In this document: positions 38,575 to 47,652 of the stretch, piece after piece
Layout: each line of letters begins with the position of its first letter
Position numbering within the stretch: position 1 is the first letter of the stretch
NCBI GenBank assembly: GCA_963775425.1
Contig: CAVZJB010000016.1
Location: 352,001-416,000 of the forward strand
Length of the DNA: 64,000 nt
Origin: an uncultured delta proteobacterium
GTDB lineage: Bacteria > Myxococcota > UBA727 > VGSZ01
Direction: 5' to 3'
Notes under the pieces: model-generated
Told to the model about the DNA's origin: nothing
Database searches by the model: none
Seen by the model: the letters and a program-made list of their open reading frames with translations, nothing else
Translations under genes and position numbers: made by a program

Positions 38575-38669
38575 GGTGTGATCTCCAGGGACCGCGAGCC
38601 TTTCCCGACTCCGGCGGGTGCGCAAGATGCAACACATCGGGAGACACCCGACAGACCCCCGGAGGACTT

Positions 38670-39152
38670 ATGGGCACACGCGAATCCATCGACCAAGCCA
38701 AGCGCGATCTCGCCCAGGTGCGAGACGAGCTTCGCGTCAAATTGCACCTCGCCCGCAAGGACGCCGAGGACACCTGGAGGGAGCTCGAGCCGCGCATCGG
38801 TCGCGTCGAAAAGAAGCTCGACGAGGCCGCCGCCGGCTTCGGTGACGTCGCCGAGAAGGCGCGCCTTCAGGCCACGCTCGGCCTCAACGACGTGAAGGCG
38901 CAGTGGCCGGGCCTCGAGAAGGCCATCGAGCAGGTCGTCACCGACGTGAAGAGGGGCGCCACCGATCTCAAGGCCGAGATCGACACCGCCCGCGTCAAGA
39001 CGCACCTCGCCCAGATGGACGCCGCCCAGAGCGCCGAGGAGAAGAGCTCCGACCTGCGCAAGGCGGGGGCGGATCTCCAGCGGGATCTCGAGCAAGCGGC
39101 GTCCGAGATCACCGCGACGCTGTCGAGCTTCGCCAAGCGCGTCTTCAAGTAG
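38670..39152 (+). CDS. Helical coiled-coil protein with three internal repeats
   Basis: SD GGAGG; repeats DELRVKLHLARKDA / EKARLQATLGLNDV / DTARVKTHLAQMDA. Confidence 0.7.
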   Translation: MGTRESIDQAKRDLAQVRDELRVKLHLARKDAEDTWRELEPRIGRVEKKLDEAAAGFGDVAEKARLQATLGLNDVKAQWPGLEKAIEQVVTDVKRGATDLKAEIDTARVKTHLAQMDAAQSAEEKSSDLRKAGADLQRDLEQAASEITATLSSFAKRVFK

Positions 39153-39156
39153 CGCG

Positions 39157-40275
39157 TCAGCGACGAGCGCGGCGGCGGCGGCGCAGCGCCAGCAGGGCCA
39201 GGCCGAGCGCCGAAAACGGCGCGGCCGGCACCGCGGCGCACCCGGGCTTTTTGTGGGGGTCGGCGCTCCCGCCGCCGGCCCCGTCATCGCCGCTCGGCTT
39301 GGGGTCGAAGAAGGACGGCGGGATGACTCCCTTCACGTCGCACCAGGCGCGCGAGCCGTCGGCGCAGCCCGCCTTCATCTTGCCGTCGATCCACGTGCGC
39401 CAGATGTCCACGCGGGTGTCGACCCCGCCCTTGGCGCAGTCCTGCTGATCGTAGGCGTGCGAGGTGATGCCGACGACGCGGCGGGTCTTCGCGTGCGGGC
39501 CGCCAACGTCGAGGTAGGTGGGGCCGCCGGAGTCGCCGTGGCACTTGCGGGTGGTGCTCGCGTCGCCGCCAATCTGCATCTCGGCGTCGCCGAGCTCGTT
39601 CACGGTGCTGGCGCCGCACTCCTTGATCCCCACGGTCCCCGGCGGCGGCTGTTGGAACTGCCCCGTGGCCGTCTGCTGACCCCAGCCCGCGATCTCCACC
39701 GACGCGCCCTCGGTGAGCTTGGCCGCCTCGTCGTCGGTGATGATGAGCGCGGGCTCGACGTCGTCGATGGTGGCCGAGAGGAACATGAGCGCGACGTCGT
39801 GGAAGGCGCCGACGCCGTTGACGCTGTTGAGGTCGTCGAGGTTGAACTGCTCGTTGGCGATCATGCTCCGCACCGGGATCGCGGTCTCCGGGAGCTGCGG
39901 CGGCGGCTGCTGCTGCGACTCGGCGAGCGCCTCGAGGTCCGCCTGGCGCGTGACGTAGTAGTCGGCGCGCTGCACGGAGCCGAAGCCGCCGGTCAACAGC
40001 TCGGGCTTGGTGCAGTGACCGGCGGTGAGCACGGTGTCGGGCGCGATGAGCGTCCCGGTGCACATCACCGTGGTGACGTCCATGGTGCCGCCGCCGATGC
40101 TCGAGAAGTCGAGCGTGCCGTCGAAGAGGATCGCGACGGCGGTGGGGTCGGTGCTCTCGTCGCAGTCGCTGCCGTTGATGATCGCCTGGGACGTCGACGA
40201 GGACGCGGCCTGGGGCGCGGCGGGGGCGCAGGAGGCGAGGGCGATGCCGCAGAGGGCGAGGGGAAGCGGGCGCAC
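39157..40275 (-). CDS. Trypsin-like (S1) serine protease lipoprotein with MYXO-CTERM-type sorting signal
   Basis: Triad motifs LTAGHC, DVAL, GDSGGP; C-terminal GCAA...LALLALRRRRR. Confidence 0.88.
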   Translation of the reverse strand: MRPLPLALCGIALASCAPAAPQAASSSTSQAIINGSDCDESTDPTAVAILFDGTLDFSSIGGGTMDVTTVMCTGTLIAPDTVLTAGHCTKPELLTGGFGSVQRADYYVTRQADLEALAESQQQPPPQLPETAIPVRSMIANEQFNLDDLNSVNGVGAFHDVALMFLSATIDDVEPALIITDDEAAKLTEGASVEIAGWGQQTATGQFQQPPPGTVGIKECGASTVNELGDAEMQIGGDASTTRKCHGDSGGPTYLDVGGPHAKTRRVVGITSHAYDQQDCAKGGVDTRVDIWRTWIDGKMKAGCADGSRAWCDVKGVIPPSFFDPKPSGDDGAGGGSADPHKKPGCAAVPAAPFSALGLALLALRRRRRARR

Positions 40276-40360
40276 GGTGACCTCCGGTTTCTGCGGCGGA
40301 GGCTGGGGTGTGCGCGCCTGCTGTCAAGGCGCACAATGTCGGATATGCGCGTGACGCGCG

Positions 40361-40963
40361 TCACCCCCCTTTGGCGACCTGCTCCTGCAGTTGCTCCGCC
40401 CGCCCCTTGACGGCCTTCGCCGAGGCCATCAGCGACACGACGTTGATGCCGATGCTGAGCGTCTGCTGATCGTCCTCGAAGCTCTCGGCGATGGACGAGT
40501 AGTTCTTCACGATGCCCGCGTAGAAGATGCGCGTGCGCGACGGCCCGAGCGACACCAGGCGCCACTGGTAGTGGCTGCCCGAGAGGTCGCCTTCCACTTG
40601 CTTCACGTTGATGGTGTGCGTGGCGGCGTCGGCGTGCTGGCGGTTGGTGTAGCTCGTGGACACGAGGGGCGTGTCGAGCTTGATGGCGAGGAGCGCGTCG
40701 CCGCCCTCGTGGCTGACCTCGAGCGACTTGATGCGCGGCATGAAGAAGCGATACGCGTCGTAGTCCGTGAGCACCTTCCAGACGGTGTCGATGGGGGCGT
40801 CGACGTCGGCGATGCAGGTCGCAGAGCGCAGCTTGCCGGCGCTGTCGCTCTCGATGCGCACGATGGGCCCGCCCCGCAGGAGATCGCCGAGCTCGTCGGC
40901 GCGCACGGGGCCGGCGCCGACGAGCAGCGCGGCGGCGACGAAGACGACGGGCGGGCGGATCAT
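40361..40963 (-). CDS. Secreted SRPBCC-family protein
   Basis: Motif ADVDAPIDTVWKVLTDYDAYRFFMP...EGDLSGSHYQW. ATGA overlap with the upstream gene. Confidence 0.75.
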   Translation of the reverse strand: MIRPPVVFVAAALLVGAGPVRADELGDLLRGGPIVRIESDSAGKLRSATCIADVDAPIDTVWKVLTDYDAYRFFMPRIKSLEVSHEGGDALLAIKLDTPLVSTSYTNRQHADAATHTINVKQVEGDLSGSHYQWRLVSLGPSRTRIFYAGIVKNYSSIAESFEDDQQTLSIGINVVSLMASAKAVKGRAEQLQEQVAKGG

Positions 40964-42330
40964 GGGATCACCTCGAACTCTCTCTGCGTGACGGCTTCGG
41001 GGCTCAACACCGTGACATCGCCGGCGTCGAAGCGAAAGCGGACGGACCAAGAATACGCGCCGTCGCCGTCGGCGACGACGATCTCGACGGGGACGGCGCG
41101 GCCGGGCGTGACGGCGACGGCGTCGCTGGTGGCCGGGACCTTGTCGAGGCGGAGGAAGTCGGTCGCGTACTCCCCGTCGGCGGACGCCACGGCAGCGCCG
41201 TCGAGGAAGACCACGCCGACGTCGTCGGCGGCGACGTCGACGACGACGTGGTCGGCGCCGGTGGGCGGCACGAGCGAGCCGCGGAAGCGCACGGCGAAGC
41301 CGGAGGCGACGTCGGGGACGTCTCCTTGCGCGGGCCACAGCGTGTCCACGGGCGCGGCGCTCGCCTCGACGGAGAGGTAGCCGCGCGCGGCGGAGAACAT
41401 CGCCGCGGGCGACAGCGCGTCGAGGTCGTCGACGAGCGCCTCGGCGCGTTGGTTGCCGAAGAGGTCCGTGGGGATGTCCTCCGCGAGCACATAGAGCGAG
41501 GCGGTGAGCCCGTTGTAGAGATCGGGGGCGGGGTCGTCGACATCGGGGAGCCCGTCGCCGTCGCTGTCCTCGTCGGGCGCAAGGACGTGCACGCTGATCG
41601 TAGCGGGCGCGGAGGTGTTGCCGAAGCTGTCGACGGCGGTGACGGTGACGACGACGTCGCCCGGCGCGTCGAGGGTGACTGCGCCGCGCTCCTCGTCATC
41701 GGCGCCGGCGAGCGCGATGGAGACGCCGCCAACGTCGTCGCTCGAGGACACGGTGACGTCGGCGGACGCGAGGTGGCCGTCCGGGTCGGACGCGTGGACG
41801 TCGACGTCGACGGCGCTGCCGGCGGCGACGCGGGCGCCGCCCGAGAGCGGAGCGCCGTCGACGCTCAGGGCCACCGACGCGATCACCGGGGGCGTGGCGT
41901 CGGGCGGCGGGGCGACGGCGAGGCGCGCGCGGGCGCGGCCGGTGAGCCCCTCGTCGTCGGTGACGGCGAGCTCGACGTCGTACAGGCCCGGAGCGTCCCA
42001 GGTGTGCGTGAACGCCAGCGCGCCGCCCTTCGCGCCGCCGGCGCCGGCGAGGTCGACGGCGACGGCGGGCGTGTCGTCGCCGAACGAGAGCGTGGCGGCC
42101 GCGAGCGCCCCGTCGACGTCGAGCGACCCGCCGGCGTCGACGGTGACGGGGACGCGCGCCTGCGCCGACGCCGGCAGCGCGAGCACGGCGACGGGCTCCT
42201 GGTCCGCCGTGATCGGCGGCCCGCCCGCGGGGCCGCCGCACGCCGTCGCGAGCGCCACCACGGCGGCGGCCACGACGTGGGGCGCCGCCGCCGCGGCGCG
42301 CTCGCGGTCCGGCGTGGCGGGCGCAGCCAT
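40960..42330 (-). CDS. PKD + Ig-like + PA14-like domain lipoprotein
   Basis: Lipobox ATAC; PKD FTHTWDAPGLYDVELAVTDDEG; DSDGDGLPD; PA14-like FAVRFRGSL...AADDVGVVFLDG. Confidence 0.7.
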   Translation of the reverse strand: MAAPATPDRERAAAAAPHVVAAAVVALATACGGPAGGPPITADQEPVAVLALPASAQARVPVTVDAGGSLDVDGALAAATLSFGDDTPAVAVDLAGAGGAKGGALAFTHTWDAPGLYDVELAVTDDEGLTGRARARLAVAPPPDATPPVIASVALSVDGAPLSGGARVAAGSAVDVDVHASDPDGHLASADVTVSSSDDVGGVSIALAGADDEERGAVTLDAPGDVVVTVTAVDSFGNTSAPATISVHVLAPDEDSDGDGLPDVDDPAPDLYNGLTASLYVLAEDIPTDLFGNQRAEALVDDLDALSPAAMFSAARGYLSVEASAAPVDTLWPAQGDVPDVASGFAVRFRGSLVPPTGADHVVVDVAADDVGVVFLDGAAVASADGEYATDFLRLDKVPATSDAVAVTPGRAVPVEIVVADGDGAYSWSVRFRFDAGDVTVLSPEAVTQREFEVIP

Positions 42331-43844
42331 CAGGGCACCCCCGCGCAGTCGAGCGGCGTCGACGGAGGCTCGAGCGAGAAGAGGAAGTCGGCGGCGTCGA
42401 CAATCTCCTGGCAGGAGACCTCGCCGTCGCCGTTGTCGTCCATGTCGGGGGCGCCGTTTTGCCCGTCGACGCGGACCATCTCCCAGACGCTCGGCACGCC
42501 CTCCACGTCGGGGAGGAACGCGTCTCCGGCGCCGAGCACGCTCGACTCCGGCAACGCGCTGAGGTCGCCGGCGCTGTCGCCGACGATGCGGTTGCCGCTC
42601 TCGACGCGGCCGCGGGTGTCGCCGGTGTTCCTGAAGGTGATGTTCTGGTCGCCGGCGAGGGAGTTGTGGATGGTGACGCCGGGCGCGCCGTCGCCGTCGC
42701 TGTCGCGCACGCGCGGATCGTCCGCCGACGTCGGCAGCGCGTCGGTGCCGGGATCCGCGAGCGCGGCGCCGCTCACCACCACCGACGCCGGCGGATCGAA
42801 GACGGCCCCGAGCGCGACGTCTTCGAGCGTGAAGTGCGCGTGCACCGGCGGGATGGCCCCCACGAACGCCGGCGGCGCCTCCTCCGTGACCGTGCCCGCG
42901 ATGGACTTCACCGGCGCGAGCGTGACGAAGCACGTGGTGAAGGTCGCGTCGATGTCTGCGCCGGTCTGCACCAGCTCGACCTTGATGTACGCGGGGGCGA
43001 CGACGCACTGCGGGTTCGGCACGAGCGTGGCCGCGCGCATGCGGATGCGCGCCGGAGAGAGCTGCGCGAACGTCCCCGTGAGGTCGAACTGCGCGGCGCC
43101 CTCCGCGACGAACGAGACCGTCGCCGTGGCCGTCACGCCCGAAGGCTCGCGCACGGTGACGAGCGCGTCCGCCGGCTGCGGCGGGGCCTGCAGCGTGGTG
43201 CTCGCGGCGAGGCCGCCGGCGCCGTCGTCGGCGAGGACGACGTCGCCCGCCGAGAGCGCCCCCGCCGACGACGTCACGGTGACGTGCGTGCCCGCGTCGA
43301 GCCGGCGGCCGTGGACGGTGAGCGTGACGACGCTGTCGCCGTCGGCGACGGCCGCGGGGGGCTCGGCGTCGACGCCGAGCGAAGGCGCGCCGTCGGTGGG
43401 CGCGACGAACACCAGCTCCGCGGTGGCGGACTCGACGTCGCCCTGGCCGCGAGCGACCGTGGCGCGCACGGTGACGGGCTTTTGCGCGCGGCCGAACAGC
43501 GCCGCCTCCCGGTCGGCCACGAGCGTCACCGAGGCCGCGCCGTCGGGTCCGGGCACCGCCGCCGACGACGACAGCAGGCCGCCCGTCGAGGAGAACGACA
43601 CGACCACCCCGGCCGGATCGGAGCGGACGATGGCCGTGACCGCGGTGCGGGCCACGCCGTCGGCGGGGAGCGTAGCCGCGCCGAGCGTCAGCTCGAGCGC
43701 CCCGGTCGCGGTCCCCGCGGGCGCGCACGCCGCGAGGGCGCCCACGACGACCAGCGACCGGAGGGAGCGGCCGCGCTTGATCAGCGACCGGAGGGAGCGG
43801 CCGCGCTCGATCAGCGACCGGAGGGAGCGGCCGCGCTCGATCAC
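42330..43844 (-). CDS. Lipoprotein with invasin/Big-1-like Ig domains and a C-terminal DxDGDGxPGxT domain
   Basis: Lipobox LAAC; repeats LPADGVARTAVT and VADGDSVVTLTV; RDSDGDGAPGVT. GTG 43844 is inferred. Confidence 0.65.
   Translation of the reverse strand: MIERGRSLRSLIERGRSLRSLIKRGRSLRSLVVVGALAACAPAGTATGALELTLGAATLPADGVARTAVTAIVRSDPAGVVVSFSSTGGLLSSSAAVPGPDGAASVTLVADREAALFGRAQKPVTVRATVARGQGDVESATAELVFVAPTDGAPSLGVDAEPPAAVADGDSVVTLTVHGRRLDAGTHVTVTSSAGALSAGDVVLADDGAGGLAASTTLQAPPQPADALVTVREPSGVTATATVSFVAEGAAQFDLTGTFAQLSPARIRMRAATLVPNPQCVVAPAYIKVELVQTGADIDATFTTCFVTLAPVKSIAGTVTEEAPPAFVGAIPPVHAHFTLEDVALGAVFDPPASVVVSGAALADPGTDALPTSADDPRVRDSDGDGAPGVTIHNSLAGDQNITFRNTGDTRGRVESGNRIVGDSAGDLSALPESSVLGAGDAFLPDVEGVPSVWEMVRVDGQNGAPDMDDNGDGEVSCQEIVDAADFLFSLEPPSTPLDCAGVP
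43752..43841 (+). repeat. Three tandem copies of the 30-bp hairpin element, in frame in the lipoprotein N-terminus
   Basis: Unit CAGCGACCGGAGGGAGCGGCCGCGCT(T/C)GAT x3, encoding I(E/K)RGRSLRSL on the minus strand. Confidence 0.95.
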
Positions 43845-44069
43845 GAGCGCCCCCAGCGGGCGCCCGCCCTGCGGGGCGCGAGCGAGCGTTGGACGGATGC
43901 GAGCCTCCACGATTGCCGATAGGAAACAGCAGTCATTCCTTCTGTCAACGGCCTCGGCGACGTAATCCGCTGTTTTCTCATGGAAATAGGCGTGGCCGGC
44001 GGGTCAGGTAAACGGTTGGCGCCACCACGTACGCGGCGTAGGCTGCTTTCAGGAAACGGGGAGGAAACG

Positions 44070-44789
44070 ATGTCCGATCGCAGCGACCGCGATGCGTACC
44101 GCCGCCGGAGGCTCGCCGCCCTCTCGCCCCGGTACAGCCCGCTGCTGCACGCGCTCTGCCCGTCGGTGTGGGGCCTCGTCGTGCTCGGCGCGTGCGCGGC
44201 CCTCGTGCGGGACGTCACCTGCGCCGAGCTCGCCACCGTGCCCGTGGTCCTGCTCCTGTCCAACATGAGCGAGTGGCGCCTCCACCGCGACCTGCTCCAC
44301 AAGCGCAGCCGCCTGTTCCCTGCCCTCTTCGACCAGCACACGCCCCAGCACCACAGGATCTACGTCTGCGAAGACATGCAAATCCGTGAGTGGCGCGAGC
44401 TCAAGTTTATCTTGATTCCGCCGTGGGCCGCCGTCGCACTGTTCGTTGGCTTGATCCCGCTGGCCACCGCGCTGTACTTCGTGTTGTCACCCAACGTCGC
44501 GTACCTCTTCGAGGCGACGTGCATGGTCTACGTCGTCAGCTACGAGCTTTTGCATCTGTCGTATCACCTTCCGGTCGATAGCTTCGTCGGACGCAATCCG
44601 GTCATTCGTGCGCTCGCGCGGCATCACTCCACACACCATGATCCCCGGCGGATGCAGCGCTTCAACATGAACGTCTCGCTGCCGCTCTGGGACCTTGTGC
44701 GCGGCACGACCTGGCGGCCGGCGCGCGACGCGCACGGGCGAAGAGACACTCCGGCTCCTGCAGTGGGCGCGACCCCCGGTTCCGGGTAA
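44070..44789 (+). CDS. Fatty acid hydroxylase / sterol desaturase family membrane protein
   Basis: His boxes HRDLLH, HTPQHH, YELLHLSYH, RHHSTHH; NMNVSLPLWD. Confidence 0.82.
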   Translation: MSDRSDRDAYRRRRLAALSPRYSPLLHALCPSVWGLVVLGACAALVRDVTCAELATVPVVLLLSNMSEWRLHRDLLHKRSRLFPALFDQHTPQHHRIYVCEDMQIREWRELKFILIPPWAAVALFVGLIPLATALYFVLSPNVAYLFEATCMVYVVSYELLHLSYHLPVDSFVGRNPVIRALARHHSTHHDPRRMQRFNMNVSLPLWDLVRGTTWRPARDAHGRRDTPAPAVGATPGSG

Positions 44790-44813
44790 GCTTCGGCGTC
44801 CGCCGGAGGGATC

Positions 44814-45917
44814 GTGCACGGAACCGGTGCCCCACTCGGCCGCTATACGCGCGAGGTTCCCGACGAGGCCCGCGAGGCGGCGCTACGTGTCGCTCGCGTC
44901 CTCGACGCCGGCGACCGCATCCTCATCCTCGGCCACGCCGGCGCCGACGGCGACGTCTGCGGCAGCTCGCTCGGCCTCGCGCAGGCGCTGCGCGAGCGCG
45001 GCAAGACCGTCGTCGTCTACAACGAGGTCGCATACCCGGACGCGTATGTGTGGCTTCCGGGCGGCGAGCTCGTCGTGACGACGCTGTCGCCGGACGACCG
45101 CTGGGACGTCACGGTCGTCGTCGACGCCGCCCGCCCCGATCGCCTCGGCCGCCACTTCCCCGGCGCCGCCCGCCGCGGCACCTGGGTGTGGATCGATCAC
45201 CACCGCATCAGCGACGCCCCCGGCGACGTCGCCTACGTCGACCTCACCGCCGCCGCCGTCGGCGAGCAGGTCGCGGAGATCCTCGACGCCCTCGAGCACC
45301 CGCTCTCGCTCGGCGTCGCGCGCTGCCTGTACGCCTCCTTGCTCGCCGACACCGGGGGCTTCCGCTACGGCAACACCTCCGCCCGCGCGTTCCGGCTCGC
45401 CGCCCGCCTCGTCGAGGCCGGCGTGGATCCGTGGGAGATGACCGAGCGGATCTACGAGTCGCAGGACGAGGCGCGGCAGCGGCTGCTCGGGCGTGCGCTG
45501 GCATCTTTGTGGGTGTCCGCGTGCGGCCGCGTCGGCGTCGTCGAGCTCAAGACGGACGACGTCAGCGCCGTCGGCGCGCGCGACGATCACGTGCAGGGCA
45601 TCGTCAACCACGTGCGCGCCGTGAAGGGCGTGGAGGTGGCCATCCTGCTGCGGGAGACGGCGCAGGGCACCAAGGTCATCATCCGCTCGCGCGGAAACGT
45701 GGCCGTCGCGCCGGTGGCGTCGTCGCTGGGCGCGCTCGGGCACAAAAACGCGGCCAACTTCCACCTCGACAGGCCCATCGGCGACACGCGCGCGCTCGTC
45801 GTGGATGCGTTCCTCTCGGCGCTGGCGCGGCAGGCGCCGCTGCACACCCGCCGGCCCGAGACGCGCCGGCCGGAAGGCAAGCGGCGGGCCCGGCGACACC
45901 TGCGCCCGGCCGAGTGA
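44814..45917 (+). CDS. nrnA: DHH-family phosphoesterase (NrnA-like nanoRNase/pAp phosphatase)
   Basis: Motifs H..ADGD..GS, VVVD, IDHH, DTGGFRYGNT, DHHA1-like C-terminus. Confidence 0.8.
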   Translation: MHGTGAPLGRYTREVPDEAREAALRVARVLDAGDRILILGHAGADGDVCGSSLGLAQALRERGKTVVVYNEVAYPDAYVWLPGGELVVTTLSPDDRWDVTVVVDAARPDRLGRHFPGAARRGTWVWIDHHRISDAPGDVAYVDLTAAAVGEQVAEILDALEHPLSLGVARCLYASLLADTGGFRYGNTSARAFRLAARLVEAGVDPWEMTERIYESQDEARQRLLGRALASLWVSACGRVGVVELKTDDVSAVGARDDHVQGIVNHVRAVKGVEVAILLRETAQGTKVIIRSRGNVAVAPVASSLGALGHKNAANFHLDRPIGDTRALVVDAFLSALARQAPLHTRRPETRRPEGKRRARRHLRPAE

Positions 45918-46825
45918 ACGGGATCGTCGTCGTCGACAAGCCCTTGGGGCCGACGTCGTTCGACGTCGTCGCGCGGCTGCGCCGGGTGTTCTCCACGCGC
46001 GAGATCGGCCACTGCGGCACGCTCGATCCGCTCGCCACCGGCGTGCTCGTGGTCGCCGTCGGCAGCTACACGCGGCTCGTGCGCGTGTTGACCGCCGACG
46101 ACAAGCGCTACACCGCCACCATCGGGTTCGGGGCGTCGACCACCACGGACGACGCCGAGGGCGACGTCGTCGCCCGCGCGGAAGACGAGGAGCTCGCGCG
46201 GCTCGACGAGCCCGCGGTGCGCGCGGCGCTCGCGCGCTTCGTGGGGACCCTCGCGCAGCGCCCCCCGGCGTACTCGGCGGTGCACGTCGGCGGCGAGCGC
46301 GCCTACAAGAAGGCCCGCCGCGGCGAAGCGGTCGAGGTCGCGGCCCGTGAGGTCGTGATCCACGCGTTGACCCTGACGTCGCTCGAGCCGCCGGGCGGCG
46401 GACGAGGCGCCGCGCCCCCCCTCGAGGGCGCCCGGGTGCGCCGCGCCGTCGTCGACGTGTGCTGCGGCAAGGGCACCTACGTGCGCGCGCTCGCGCGCGA
46501 CCTCGGTGACGCGCTCGGCGTGCCCGCGCACCTCGCGGCGCTGCGCAGGACCGCGTCCGGCGCGTTCACGCTCGCCGACGCCGTCGCGCTCGACGACGTC
46601 GCGCCGTCGTCCCTGCTCACGGGGCCCGGCGCCGTCCGCGGCGTGCCGCTCGTCGTCGTCGGCGAGGACGACGCCCGCGCGCTGCGCCAGGGGAAGCGCG
46701 TGCGCACCGAGGTCGCGTTCGCCGGCACCGGCCTCGCGCACCGCGGCGAAGAGCTCGTGGCGCTGGTCCATGTCGACGCCGGCGCGCTCGTCGTCGAGCG
46801 CGGCTTCCCCGGCGCGCCCGCCTGA
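45914..46825 (+). CDS. truB: tRNA pseudouridine(55) synthase
   Basis: Motifs GIVVVDKP.G.TSFDVV, GHCGTLDPLATGVL, QRPPAYSA, KGTYVRALARDLG. GTGA overlap. Confidence 0.95.
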   Translation: MNGIVVVDKPLGPTSFDVVARLRRVFSTREIGHCGTLDPLATGVLVVAVGSYTRLVRVLTADDKRYTATIGFGASTTTDDAEGDVVARAEDEELARLDEPAVRAALARFVGTLAQRPPAYSAVHVGGERAYKKARRGEAVEVAAREVVIHALTLTSLEPPGGGRGAAPPLEGARVRRAVVDVCCGKGTYVRALARDLGDALGVPAHLAALRRTASGAFTLADAVALDDVAPSSLLTGPGAVRGVPLVVVGEDDARALRQGKRVRTEVAFAGTGLAHRGEELVALVHVDAGALVVERGFPGAPA

Positions 46826-46876
46826 CGCCGTGCCGCTTGCGGCGACATTCAGGTATGGTGCGCCGCGGAGGAAGCC

Positions 46877-47650
46877 ATGGCTCTCGTCGAGGTCAACGAG
46901 CAGGATCACGTCGTCACTCTCACGCTCAACCGGCCCGAGGCCATGAACGCGCTCAACGGTGCGCTCATCGACGCGGTGTGGGCCGAGGTGGAGAAGGTCT
47001 GCGTGCGCCGCGAGGTGCGCGCGCTCATCCTCGCGGGCAACGCGCGCGCATTCTGTGCCGGCGCCGACCTCAAGGAGCGTCGCACCATGACGCCGGAGCA
47101 GACGCGCGCCTTCCTCCGGCGCATCCGCGGCATCATGGACCTCGTCGAGCGCGTGCCCCAGCCCACCATCGCGGCCATCGAGGGCGTCGCCTTCGGCGGC
47201 GGCTGCGAGCTCGCGCTGTCCTGCGACATCCGCGTGCTCGGCGCATCCGCCACCCTCGGCCTCACCGAGTGCTCCCTCGGCATCATCCCCGGCGCGGGCG
47301 GCACGCAGCGGCTGCCGCGGCTCATCGGCGCGTCCCGCGCCAAGGAGCTCATCTTCACCGCGCGCCGGCTCACGGCCGCCGCGGCCAAGGAGTGGGGCCT
47401 CGCGAGCCACGTCGTCGACGCCGGCGGCGCCGTCGCCCACGCGCGCGGCATCGCCGCCGAGATCGCGAAGTGCGCGCCCCTCGCCGTCGAGGCCGCCAAG
47501 GCCGCCGTCGACGGCGGCGTCGGCGTCGGCATCTCCGAAGGGTTGCTCCTCGAGCAGCGCGCCTACGAGGTCACGCTCTATACGGAAGACCGCCAGGAGG
47601 CGCTCAAGGCCTTCGCCGAAAAGAGGCCGCCCTTCTTCCAGGGCCGCTAG
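46877..47650 (+). CDS. Enoyl-CoA hydratase/isomerase (LiuC/methylglutaconyl-CoA hydratase-like)
   Basis: Motifs LNRPEAMNAL, AFCAGADLKER, AFGGGCELALSCD, IIPGAGGTQRLPRLIG. Confidence 0.88.
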   Translation: MALVEVNEQDHVVTLTLNRPEAMNALNGALIDAVWAEVEKVCVRREVRALILAGNARAFCAGADLKERRTMTPEQTRAFLRRIRGIMDLVERVPQPTIAAIEGVAFGGGCELALSCDIRVLGASATLGLTECSLGIIPGAGGTQRLPRLIGASRAKELIFTARRLTAAAAKEWGLASHVVDAGGAVAHARGIAAEIAKCAPLAVEAAKAAVDGGVGVGISEGLLLEQRAYEVTLYTEDRQEALKAFAEKRPPFFQGR

Positions 47651-47652
47651 GC

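Noticed and set aside
44380-44700. Lower-GC stretch in the fatty acid hydroxylase gene as a sign of horizontal transfer
   Set aside because: The shift is mild, coincides with hydrophobic TM coding, and has no mobility signatures.
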